From positions 1-22,875 of IMG/VR virus record IMGVR_UViG_2651869748_000003: a stretch of DNA of 22,875 bases, one strand, 5' to 3'. Below the pieces are notes generated by a model. That model had not been told where the DNA came from. It was given only the letters and a program-made list of their open reading frames with translations, and made no database searches. Source of the DNA: a virus (lineage: Duplodnaviria > Heunggongvirae > Uroviricota > Caudoviricetes). Both the position numbers and the translations under genes were made by a program. Below are positions 6,590-14,500 of this stretch, piece after piece (within the stretch, counting starts at the first letter, position 1; every line of letters starts with the position of its first letter).

Positions 6590-8178
6590 AACGAACGCCT
6601 GTCCTGATTGATGTGAACGGCGTTCCGCTTCGTGAGAGTCTCAGCTACAACGGGGGCGGTGCAGGATTTGGCGGGCAAATGGCGGAGTGGTTGCCACCGG
6701 CGCAGAGTGCCGATGCAGCCCTGCTGCCTGCGTTGCGTCTGGGGAATGCCCGGGCAGATGATCTGGTGCGCAATAACGGAATAGCGGCCAATGCGGTGGC
6801 ACTGCATAAGGATCACATTGTCGGGCATATGTTTCTTATCAGCTACCGTCCGAACTGGCGCTGGCTGGGGATGCGGGAGACCGCAGCAAAAAGCTTTGTC
6901 GATGAGGTGGAGGCGGCCTGGTCGGAATACGCCGAAGGGATGTCTGGCGAGATCGACGTGGAAGGAAAACGCACGTTCACGGAATTTATCCGTGAAGGTG
7001 TGGGCGTTCATGCGTTTAACGGCGAAATCTTTGTGCAGCCGGTCTGGGATACGGAAACCACGCAGTTATTCCGTACGCGTTTTAAAGCCGTGAGTCCGAA
7101 ACGGGTGGACACGCCAGGACACGGTATGGGGAACCGTTTTCTGCGGGCCGGTGTGGAGGTCGATCGATATGGTCGTGCCGTTGCGTACCATATCTGTGAG
7201 GATGATTTTCCGTTCTCCGGGAGTGGACGATGGGAACGGATCCCGCGTGAACTTCCCACCGGGCGTCCGGCCATGCTGCATATTTTCGAGCCGGTGGAGG
7301 ACGGGCAGACCCGTGGGGCCAATCAGTTTTACAGCGTAATGGAACGGCTGAAGATGCTCGATTCCCTGCAGGCAACACAGCTTCAGTCGGCCATAGTGAA
7401 GGCGATGTATGCAGCGACGATTGAAAGTGACCTTGATACCGAAAAGGCCTTTGAATATATCGCCGGTGCGCCGCAGGGGCAGAAGGATAATCCGCTTATT
7501 AATATTCTGGATAAGTTCTCCACCTGGTATGACACGAATAACGTGACGCTGGGTGGTGTCAAAATTCCGCACCTTTTCCCCGGGGATGATCTGAAACTAC
7601 AGACTGCGCAGGATTCAGACAATGGATTTTCGGCGCTTGAACAGGCGCTGCTGCGGTATATCGCCGCCGGTCTTGGCGTTTCCTACGAACAGTTGTCCCG
7701 TGATTACTCGAAGGTCAGTTATTCAAGTGCCAGGGCCTCTGCCAATGAGTCGTGGCGCTATTTTATGGGGCGGCGAAAATTTATTGCGGCCCGGCTGGCC
7801 ACGCAGATGTTTTCCTGCTGGCTGGAAGAGGCACTTCTTCGGGGGATTATCCGTCCGCCACGGGCGCGTTTTGATTTTTATCAGGCGCGATCAGCCTGGT
7901 CACGGGCAGAGTGGATTGGTGCCGGAAGAATGGCCATTGACGGGCTCAAGGAGGTTCAGGAATCGGTGATGCGCATTGAGGCCGGACTGAGCACGTATGA
8001 GAAAGAGCTGGCGCTGATGGGCGAGGATTATCAGGACATTTTCCGCCAGCAGGTCAGGGAATCTGCAGAGCGGGAAAAAGCCGGACTCTCACGTCCGGTG
8101 TGGATAGCGCAGGCGTATCAGCAGCAGATAGCGGAGAGTCGCAGGCCGGAAGAGGAGACAACACCCCGTGAGACGTAA
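6586..8178 (+). CDS. B: Portal protein (lambda gpB homolog)
   Basis: Extensive collinear similarity to lambda gpB as recalled (GNARADDLVRNNG, FEPVEDGQTRGAN.FYSVME, LQSAIVKAMYAATIES, GSGRMAIDGLKEVQE). Confidence 0.95.
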   Translation: MKRTPVLIDVNGVPLRESLSYNGGGAGFGGQMAEWLPPAQSADAALLPALRLGNARADDLVRNNGIAANAVALHKDHIVGHMFLISYRPNWRWLGMRETAAKSFVDEVEAAWSEYAEGMSGEIDVEGKRTFTEFIREGVGVHAFNGEIFVQPVWDTETTQLFRTRFKAVSPKRVDTPGHGMGNRFLRAGVEVDRYGRAVAYHICEDDFPFSGSGRWERIPRELPTGRPAMLHIFEPVEDGQTRGANQFYSVMERLKMLDSLQATQLQSAIVKAMYAATIESDLDTEKAFEYIAGAPQGQKDNPLINILDKFSTWYDTNNVTLGGVKIPHLFPGDDLKLQTAQDSDNGFSALEQALLRYIAAGLGVSYEQLSRDYSKVSYSSARASANESWRYFMGRRKFIAARLATQMFSCWLEEALLRGIIRPPRARFDFYQARSAWSRAEWIGAGRMAIDGLKEVQESVMRIEAGLSTYEKELALMGEDYQDIFRQQVRESAEREKAGLSRPVWIAQAYQQQIAESRRPEEETTPRET

Positions 8179-9673
8179 TCTTTCACACATTATTGCCGCA
8201 GCATTCAATGAACCGCTGCTTCTGGAGCCCGCCTATGCGCGGGTTTTCTTTTGCGCGCTCGGGCGCGAGATGGGGGCAGCAAGTCTTTCGGTACCACAAC
8301 AGCAGGTACAGCTTGATGCTCCCGGAATGCTGGCTGAAACGGACGAGTACATGGCCGGAGGTAAACGACCGGCCCGTGTTTACCGGGTGGTGAACGGTAT
8401 TGCTGTACTGCCGGTGACAGGCACGCTGGTGCACCGGCTGGGGGGGATGCGGCCATTTTCCGGAATGACAGGCTATGACGGCATTGTCGCCTGTCTTCAG
8501 CAGGCAATGGCGGATAGCCAGGTGCGGGGCGTACTGCTGGACATTGACAGTCCGGGCGGGCAGGCCGCCGGCGCGTTTGACTGCGCTGACATGATTTACC
8601 GCCTCCGTCAGCAGAAGCCGGTCTGGGCACTGTGCAATGACACGGCCTGTTCTGCAGCCATGCTGCTGGCGTCGGCCTGCTCCCGACGGCTGGTTACCCA
8701 GACATCCCGTATCGGCTCCATTGGCGTGATGATGAGCCATGTCAGCTATGCCGGTCATCTGGCGCAGGCCGGTGTGGATATCACGCTGATTTACTCAGGG
8801 GCGCACAAGGTGGATGGCAATCAGTTTGAAGCCTTACCGGCAGAGGTTCGCCAGGACATGCAGCAGCGCATTGATGCGGCGCGCCGGATGTTTGCCGAAA
8901 AAGTGGCCATGTTTACCGGTCTGTCTGTTGATGCCGTCACGGGAACAGAGGCCGCCGTTTTTGAAGGTCAGTCCGGCATTGATGCCGGGCTGGCGGATGA
9001 ATTAGTCAATGCGTCGGATGCCATCAGCGTGATGGCCACGGCGCTGAACAGTAATGTCAGAGGAGGCACTATGCCGCAATTAACTGCAACGGAAGCCGCC
9101 GCGCAGGAGAACCAGCGAGTGATGGGGATCCTGACATGCCAGGAAGCGAAAGGACGTGAACAGCTTGCCACGATGCTGGCAGGACAACAGGGCATGAGCG
9201 TTGAACAGGCCCGGGCGATTCTGGCCGCGGCGGCACCGCAGCAGCCGGTGGCATCCACGCAGAGTGAAGCCGATCGCATTATGGCGTGTGAAGAAGCGAA
9301 CGGTCGTGAACAACTGGCGGCAACGCTGGCGGCGATGCCGGAGATGACGGTGGAAAAAGCCCGCCCGATCCTGGCTGCTTCACCGCAGGCGGATGCCGGA
9401 CCCTCACTCCGTGATCAGATCATGGCACTGGATGAGGCAAAAGGGGCTGAGGCGCAGGCTGAACAACTGGCTGCCTGCCCGGGAATGACTGTGGAGAGCG
9501 CCCGGGCTGTGCTGGCTGCGGGATCAGGTAAGGCAGAACCGGTCTCTGCATCCACAACCGCCCTGTTTGAACGCATCATGGCGAACCATTCACCGGCAGC
9601 GGTACAGGGTGGCGTGCCACAGACGTCAGCAGACGGTGATGCGGACGTGAAAATGCTCATGGCCATGCCATGA
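8168..9673 (+). CDS. C: Prohead protease / scaffold fusion (lambda gpC homolog, S49/ClpP-family serine peptidase domain plus C-terminal scaffold region), 501 aa
   Basis: GTG start overlapping the portal stop by 11 nt. N-terminal peptidase domain similar to lambda C as recalled (NGIAVLPV.GTLV, GMTGY.GI, GAFDCAD, SRRLVTQT..GSIGVMM). C-terminal region carries three tandem approx. 41-aa repeats. Confidence 0.9.
   Translation: MRRNLSHIIAAAFNEPLLLEPAYARVFFCALGREMGAASLSVPQQQVQLDAPGMLAETDEYMAGGKRPARVYRVVNGIAVLPVTGTLVHRLGGMRPFSGMTGYDGIVACLQQAMADSQVRGVLLDIDSPGGQAAGAFDCADMIYRLRQQKPVWALCNDTACSAAMLLASACSRRLVTQTSRIGSIGVMMSHVSYAGHLAQAGVDITLIYSGAHKVDGNQFEALPAEVRQDMQQRIDAARRMFAEKVAMFTGLSVDAVTGTEAAVFEGQSGIDAGLADELVNASDAISVMATALNSNVRGGTMPQLTATEAAAQENQRVMGILTCQEAKGREQLATMLAGQQGMSVEQARAILAAAAPQQPVASTQSEADRIMACEEANGREQLAATLAAMPEMTVEKARPILAASPQADAGPSLRDQIMALDEAKGAEAQAEQLAACPGMTVESARAVLAAGSGKAEPVSASTTALFERIMANHSPAAVQGGVPQTSADGDADVKMLMAMP
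8858..9673 (+). CDS. nu3: Candidate nested in-frame scaffolding protein (lambda Nu3 equivalent); start uncertain (ATG 8858 or ATG 9071)
   Basis: In lambda, Nu3 starts at an internal in-frame Met of C. ATG 8858 is the nearest positional equivalent (weak GAGG, 10 nt upstream). ATG 9071 has a strong AGGAGG at 9061-9066 and would give a 200-aa product. Confidence 0.4.
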   Translation: MQQRIDAARRMFAEKVAMFTGLSVDAVTGTEAAVFEGQSGIDAGLADELVNASDAISVMATALNSNVRGGTMPQLTATEAAAQENQRVMGILTCQEAKGREQLATMLAGQQGMSVEQARAILAAAAPQQPVASTQSEADRIMACEEANGREQLAATLAAMPEMTVEKARPILAASPQADAGPSLRDQIMALDEAKGAEAQAEQLAACPGMTVESARAVLAAGSGKAEPVSASTTALFERIMANHSPAAVQGGVPQTSADGDADVKMLMAMP

Positions 9674-9709
9674 AGTCAGTGCTGATCATCAACAGGAGGT
9701 TTTTACAAT

Positions 9710-10057
9710 ATGGTAACGAAAACCATCACTGAACAGCGTGCGGAAGTACGTATTTTTGCCGGTAATGATCCGGCTCATACCGCCACAGGCAGCAGCGGGA
9801 TTTCCTCGGCAACACCGGCACTGACGCCCCTGATGCTGGATGAAGCCAGCGGGAAACTGGTGGTCTGGGACGGACAGAAAGCCGGTAGTGCAGTTGGCAT
9901 ACTGGTACTGCCGCTTGAAGGCACAGAGACGGTACTGACCTATTACAAGTCGGGGACCTTTGCGACGGAGGCAATCCGCTGGCCTGAAAGTGTGGATGAA
10001 CACAAAAAGGCAAATGCCTTTGCCGGCAGTGCCCTGAGTCACGCGGCGCTGCCGTAA
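9710..10057 (+). CDS. D: Head decoration protein (lambda gpD homolog)
   Basis: NDPAHTATG...TPLMLD...KLV.WDG...AVGIL...TL..YKSGTF matches lambda D as recalled; AGGAGG 18 nt upstream. Confidence 0.95.
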   Translation: MVTKTITEQRAEVRIFAGNDPAHTATGSSGISSATPALTPLMLDEASGKLVVWDGQKAGSAVGILVLPLEGTETVLTYYKSGTFATEAIRWPESVDEHKKANAFAGSALSHAALP

Positions 10058-10065
10058 CACGTTAT

Positions 10066-10085
10066 CAGGCCACCGCGGTGGCCTG
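10066..10085. promoter_or_regulatory. Perfect 20-bp GC-rich palindrome CAGGCCACCGCGGTGGCCTG between D and E (candidate RNA stem-loop or protein-binding site)
   Basis: Self-complementary sequence seen directly in the 57-bp D-E intergenic gap; followed by ACTGATTTCT. Confidence 0.4.
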
Positions 10086-10114
10086 ACTGATTTCTGAATG
10101 AAAGGAACTGATTT

Positions 10115-11143
10115 ATGGGATTGTTTACGACCCGCCAGTTACTCGGTTATACCGAACAAAAAGTGAAATTTCGTGCGCTGTTTCTGGAGCTGTTTTTCCG
10201 CCGTACGGTGAATTTCCATACCGAAGAGGTGATGCTGGACAAAATTACCGGAAAAACGCCGGTGGCGGCCTATGTCTCCCCGGTTGTTGAAGGAAAAGTG
10301 CTGCGTCATCGTGGTGGTGAAACCCGCGTGTTACGTCCGGGCTACGTCAAGCCGAAACACGAATTTAATTACCAGCAGGCGGTTGAGCGTCTTCCCGGTG
10401 AAGATCCGGCTCAGCTGAACGACCCGGCCTACCGTCGTCTGCGTATCATCACTGATAACCTCAAACAGGAAGAGCACGCCATTGTCCAGGTGGAAGAAAT
10501 GCAGGCGGTGAATGCCGTGCTGTATGGCAAATACACGATGGAAGGAGACCAGTTCGAGAAAATTGAGGTCGATTTTGGCAGGTCGACGAAGAATAACATC
10601 ACTCAGGGTAGTGGTAAGGAGTGGTCAAAACAGGATCGTGACACGTTCGATCCTACACATGATCTTGACCTCTACTGCGACCAGGCCAGCGGTCTTGTGA
10701 ATATTGCCATTATGGACGGTACCGTCTGGCGTCTGCTGAATGGCTTTAAATTGTTCCGCGAAAAACTGGATACCCGTCGCGGCTCTAATTCGCAACTCGA
10801 AACAGCGGTGAAAGACCTGGGCGCGGTGGTGTCCTTCAAAGGGTATTACGGCGATCTGGCCATTGTGGTGGCAAAAACGTCTTATGTGGCAGAGGACGGT
10901 ACCGAAAAACGTTATCTGCCTGAGGGCTCGCTGGTCCTGGGGAATACGGCAGCAGAGGGCATTCGTTGCTATGGTGCCATTCAGGATGCGCAGGCGTTGT
11001 CCGAAGGTGTGGTGGCCTCTTCCCGTTATCCGAAACACTGGCTGACGGTAGGGGATCCCGCCCGTGAATTTACCATGACGCAGTCCGCGCCGCTGATGGT
11101 GTTGCCGGACCCGGATGAGTTTGTGGTGGTACAGGTGAAATAA
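10115..11143 (+). CDS. E: Major capsid protein (lambda gpE homolog)
   Basis: Collinear similarity to lambda E as recalled (PGYVKPKHE, DPAYRRLRII, YTM.G..F, NITQ..G.EWSK.D..T.DPT, DPAREFTM.QSAPLM). Confidence 0.95.
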   Translation: MGLFTTRQLLGYTEQKVKFRALFLELFFRRTVNFHTEEVMLDKITGKTPVAAYVSPVVEGKVLRHRGGETRVLRPGYVKPKHEFNYQQAVERLPGEDPAQLNDPAYRRLRIITDNLKQEEHAIVQVEEMQAVNAVLYGKYTMEGDQFEKIEVDFGRSTKNNITQGSGKEWSKQDRDTFDPTHDLDLYCDQASGLVNIAIMDGTVWRLLNGFKLFREKLDTRRGSNSQLETAVKDLGAVVSFKGYYGDLAIVVAKTSYVAEDGTEKRYLPEGSLVLGNTAAEGIRCYGAIQDAQALSEGVVASSRYPKHWLTVGDPAREFTMTQSAPLMVLPDPDEFVVVQVK

Positions 11144-11152
11144 TCCGTGAGC

Positions 11153-11180
11153 GGGGGCGAAATGCCCCCGTGTCTTTTTT
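11153..11180 (+). terminator. Rho-independent terminator or attenuator immediately after the major capsid gene
   Basis: GGGGGC (11153-11158), loop GAAAT, GCCCCC (11164-11169), then GTGTCTTTTTT. Begins 10 nt after the E stop. Confidence 0.6.
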
Positions 11181-11194
11181 CACAGGGGGATGAT

Positions 11195-11569
11195 ATGGCA
11201 ACGAAAGAGCAAAATCTGAAACGGCTTGATGAACTGGCCCTGATTCTGGGGCGTGAGCCGGATATATCCGGGAGTGCCGCAGAGATAGCGCAGCGGGTGG
11301 CAGAATGGGAAGAGGAAATGCAGTCATCCGGCGATGATGTACAGGTTATGAATATGGATATCCGGGAGAGGGAAAACGCGGCTCATGATGTTCGTGAGGA
11401 AACATCCGGCGCGTTAACGCGCATCAGAGTTCTGACCTGCCTCCATCTCTGTGGCGTTGATGGTGAAACGGGGGAATCCGTTGAGCTTGCGGATGTTGGT
11501 CGGGTGATTCTGATTATGTCCTCAGATGCAAAAACACACGTTGATGGTGGAATGGCTGTTTATGCGTGA
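11195..11569 (+). CDS. FI: DNA packaging protein FI homolog
   Basis: Position and size match lambda FI. Start chosen at ATG 11195 (MATKEQNLKRL), which avoids reading through the terminator hairpin; acidic, low-complexity middle region. Confidence 0.8.
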   Translation: MATKEQNLKRLDELALILGREPDISGSAAEIAQRVAEWEEEMQSSGDDVQVMNMDIRERENAAHDVREETSGALTRIRVLTCLHLCGVDGETGESVELADVGRVILIMSSDAKTHVDGGMAVYA

Positions 11570-11915
11570 TTTTCAGAATGCCTTTGATGCCGCCCTTGCC
11601 GGGGTGGACAGTACGATTGTTGAAGTGATGGGCATCAGTGCGCAGTTCACCTCGGGGGCACAGTGTGGCAGCGAAGTTCAGGGGGTTTTTGACGATCCGG
11701 AGTCGCTGGGGTTTGCCGGTAGCGGGGTCCGTATTGAAGGAAGCTGCCCGTCATTATTTGTACGGACGGATACGGTTCGTGCTGTGCGGCGTGGTGACAC
11801 GCTGACCATTAATGGTGAGACATTCTGGGTGGATCGTGTTTCTCCGGATGACGGGGGCAGTTGTTATCTCTGGCTCAACCGTGGGCAACCACCGGCAGTT
11901 AACCGGCGACGATAA
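11562..11915 (+). CDS. FII: Head-tail connector protein FII homolog, 117 aa
   Basis: Start ATG 11562 overlaps the FI stop (ATGCGTGA). C-terminal GDTLTI....FWVDRVSPDDGGSC.LWL.RG.PPAVNRRR matches lambda FII as recalled; same length. Confidence 0.9.
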   Translation: MRDFQNAFDAALAGVDSTIVEVMGISAQFTSGAQCGSEVQGVFDDPESLGFAGSGVRIEGSCPSLFVRTDTVRAVRRGDTLTINGETFWVDRVSPDDGGSCYLWLNRGQPPAVNRRR

Positions 11916-11929
11916 ACGCAGGGTGAATT

Positions 11930-12463
11930 ATGGCGATAAAAGGGCTTGATCAGGCGATTGAAAATCTGAGCCGGGTTCGTAAAAACGCCATTCCGGCGGC
12001 TTCAGCAATGGCCATTAACCGCGTGGCCACAACGGCGATTAATCAGTCTTCGTCACAGGTTGCCCGGGAGACCAGGGTGAGCCGGAAACTGGTAAAGGAA
12101 CGGTCCAGACTGAAACGGGCCACGGTCAGAAATCCGAATGCCAGAATTATCGTTAACCGCGGTGATCTCCCGGTGATTAAGCTGGGGATCAGGATGCCGG
12201 GGCGTCGTCCGGACAGCATACTCAAAGCCGGTCAGCATCGTTATCAGCGGGCATTTATTCAGCGATTAAAAAATGGTCGCTGGCATGTCATGCAGCGTGT
12301 GGTCGGGAAAAACCGTTACCCCATTGATGTGGTGAAAATCCCGATGGCGGCCCCACTGAAACAGGCGTTTGATGAGAATGTTGACCGTATCCGGCGTGAA
12401 CGTCTGCCCGGAGAACTGGCATACGCGCTGAAACAACAACTGAGGATTGCGATAAAACGATGA
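11930..12463 (+). CDS. Z: Tail completion protein Z homolog
   Basis: MAIKGL.QA.ENLSR and C-terminal LKNGRWHVMQRV.GKNRYPIDVVKIPMA match lambda Z as recalled. Confidence 0.9.
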   Translation: MAIKGLDQAIENLSRVRKNAIPAASAMAINRVATTAINQSSSQVARETRVSRKLVKERSRLKRATVRNPNARIIVNRGDLPVIKLGIRMPGRRPDSILKAGQHRYQRAFIQRLKNGRWHVMQRVVGKNRYPIDVVKIPMAAPLKQAFDENVDRIRRERLPGELAYALKQQLRIAIKR

Positions 12464-12855
12464 AACATACTGATATCCGTGCTGCAGTGCTGGATGCACT
12501 GGAGCTGCATGAACACGGGGCGACGCTGTTTGATGGTCGCCCCGTTGTTTTTGACGAAGAGGATTTTCCCGCGGTCGCGGTTTATCTGACGGATGCAGAG
12601 TATACCGGTGAAGAGCTGGATGCAGATACCTGGCGGGCCACACTGCATATTGAGGTGTTTTTACCAGCACAGGTACCGGATTCGGAGCTGGATTCGTGGA
12701 TGGAAAGCCGGATTTATCCGGCGATGACTGCGATCCCGGCACTGGCAGACCTGATTACCACGATGGTTACGCAGGGCTATGAGTATCGTCGTGATGACGA
12801 TATGGCGTTATGGAGTTCTGCGGATCTGACTTATTCCATTACATACGAGATGTGA
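12460..12855 (+). CDS. U: Tail terminator protein U homolog, 131 aa
   Basis: Near-collinear identity to lambda U as recalled ([60 protein letters not shown]); overlaps the Z stop by 4 nt. Confidence 0.95.
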   Translation: MKHTDIRAAVLDALELHEHGATLFDGRPVVFDEEDFPAVAVYLTDAEYTGEELDADTWRATLHIEVFLPAQVPDSELDSWMESRIYPAMTAIPALADLITTMVTQGYEYRRDDDMALWSSADLTYSITYEM

Positions 12856-12862
12856 GGACGAT

Positions 12863-13615
12863 ATGTCAACACCAAATCCCCTTGAGCCGGTAAAAGGTGC
12901 CGGTACCACCCTGTGGGTTTATAACGGTCAGGGTGACGCCTATGCAAACCCGTTGTCAGACGATGACTGGCAGCGACTGGCTAAGGTGAAGGATCTGACG
13001 CCGGGCGAGATGACGGCAGAACCCTACGATGATAACTACCTGGATGATGAAGACGCGGACTGGAGCGCGACCGGGCAGGGGCAGAAGTCTGCAGGAGATA
13101 CCAGTTTTACGCTGGCCTGGAAACCGGGAGAAGAAGGTCAGAAAGGGCTTATAGGCTGGTTTGAAAGCGGGGATGTGCGGGCCTATAAAATCCGTTTCCC
13201 GAACGGCACGGTGGATGTGTTCCGTGGCTGGGTCAGCAGTATCGGTAAGGCCGTAACGGCGAAGGAAGTGATCACCCGCACGGTGAAAGTGACCAACGTG
13301 GGTAAACCTTCTGTGGCGGAAGAACGCAGCGAAATTACGCCGGTCACTGCGATTAAGGTGACGCCGACATCTGGTACGGTGGCAAAAGGGAAAACAACAA
13401 CCCTGACGGTTTCTTTTGAGCCGGAAAGTGCAACCGACAAGACGTTCAGAGCGGTTTCCGCCGATCCGTCAACGGGAACCATTGCTGTGAAAGATATGGT
13501 GATCACTGTGACGGGGGTTAAGGCTGGAAAAGTGAGTATCCCCGTGATTTCCGGTAATGGTCAGTTTGCCACGGTAGCTGAAGTCACCGTTACTGAAGCG
13601 GGCGCTGCAGGGTAA
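12863..13615 (+). CDS. V: Major tail tube protein V homolog with C-terminal Ig-like domain
   Basis: [53 protein letters not shown] match lambda V as recalled; C-terminal approx. 90 aa is Thr/Val-rich and beta-strand-like. Confidence 0.95.
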   Translation: MSTPNPLEPVKGAGTTLWVYNGQGDAYANPLSDDDWQRLAKVKDLTPGEMTAEPYDDNYLDDEDADWSATGQGQKSAGDTSFTLAWKPGEEGQKGLIGWFESGDVRAYKIRFPNGTVDVFRGWVSSIGKAVTAKEVITRTVKVTNVGKPSVAEERSEITPVTAIKVTPTSGTVAKGKTTTLTVSFEPESATDKTFRAVSADPSTGTIAVKDMVITVTGVKAGKVSIPVISGNGQFATVAEVTVTEAGAAG

Positions 13616-13628
13616 ACGGAGGTCATAC

Positions 13629-14060
13629 ATGTTTCTGAAAACAGAACAATTTGAATATAACGGTGTGTCTGTCACGCTTTCCGAATTGTCTGCGCTGCAG
13701 CGTATTGAGCATCTTGCCCTCCTGAAACGGCGTGCAGAACAGGCAGAATCCAGCGGCAACCTGCAGGTAAGCGTGGAAGATCTCGTCAGAACCGGCGCGT
13801 TTCTGGTGGCGATGTCCCTGTGGCATAACCATCCGCAGAAAACGGGGTCACCGTCAATGAATGAGGCCGTGATGCAGATTGAGCAGGAAGTCCTGACCAC
13901 CTGGCCTGCTGATGCCATTGCCCGGGCGGAAGATGTGGTGTTGCGTCTGTCCGGGATGAGCGGGCCTGTTCATGTGGATACGGATATCACCGAAGTGGCG
14001 AAAAATAACGCGCTGACTGATGATGATTTTTCTGCGGGAAAGTCTTCGACGGCGAGCTGA
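13629..14060 (+). CDS. G: Tail assembly chaperone G homolog
   Basis: MFLKTE.FE.NGV.VTLSELSALQRIEHLAL.KR.AEQAES and GAFLVAMSLWHNHPQKT match lambda G as recalled. Confidence 0.95.
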   Translation: MFLKTEQFEYNGVSVTLSELSALQRIEHLALLKRRAEQAESSGNLQVSVEDLVRTGAFLVAMSLWHNHPQKTGSPSMNEAVMQIEQEVLTTWPADAIARAEDVVLRLSGMSGPVHVDTDITEVAKNNALTDDDFSAGKSSTAS

Positions 14061-14500
14061 ATTTTGCCCTCAGACTGGCGCGTGAGATGGGGAGGCCTGA
14101 CTGGCGCGCCATGCTTGCCGGGATGACATCCACCGAATATGCCGACTGGCGACATTTTTACCGCATGCATTATTTTCACGATACCCAGCTGGATATGCAT
14201 TTTTCCGGGCTGACGTACGCTGTACTCAGCCTGTTTTTTTGCGATCCGGATATGCATCCCTCTGATTTCAGTCTGCTTGTCCCCCGGCATGAGGAAGAGC
14301 AGGTGGAGAGGCCGGATGAGGACAAAATGCTGATGCAGAAAGCGGCAGGACTTGCCGGAGGCGTCCGGTTCGGTGGGGACGGAGGGCGCGATATTTTATC
14401 GTCTGCGGATGTGGCGGATGTCATGGTGGATGATGCCGCATTAATGATGGCTTCAGCGGGGATTCCGGGAGGTGTGAGATATGTCCCAGCCGGTTGGTGA
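13629..14500 (+). CDS. T: Tail assembly chaperone G-T fusion made by -1 programmed ribosomal frameshift at slippery heptamer GGGAAAG (14036-14042)
   Basis: GGGAAAG sits in the G frame as G GGA AAG, 18 nt before the G stop. The -1 frame is open from there to 14500 and reads VFDGELNFALRLAREMGRPDWRAMLAGM..., matching the lambda gpGT junction as recalled. Confidence 0.85.

Noticed and set aside
8183-8758. 191-aa and 141-aa minus-strand ORFs and a 66-aa plus-strand ORF
   Set aside because: All overlap the gpC protease domain in other frames; gpC homology is clear, so these are frame artefacts.
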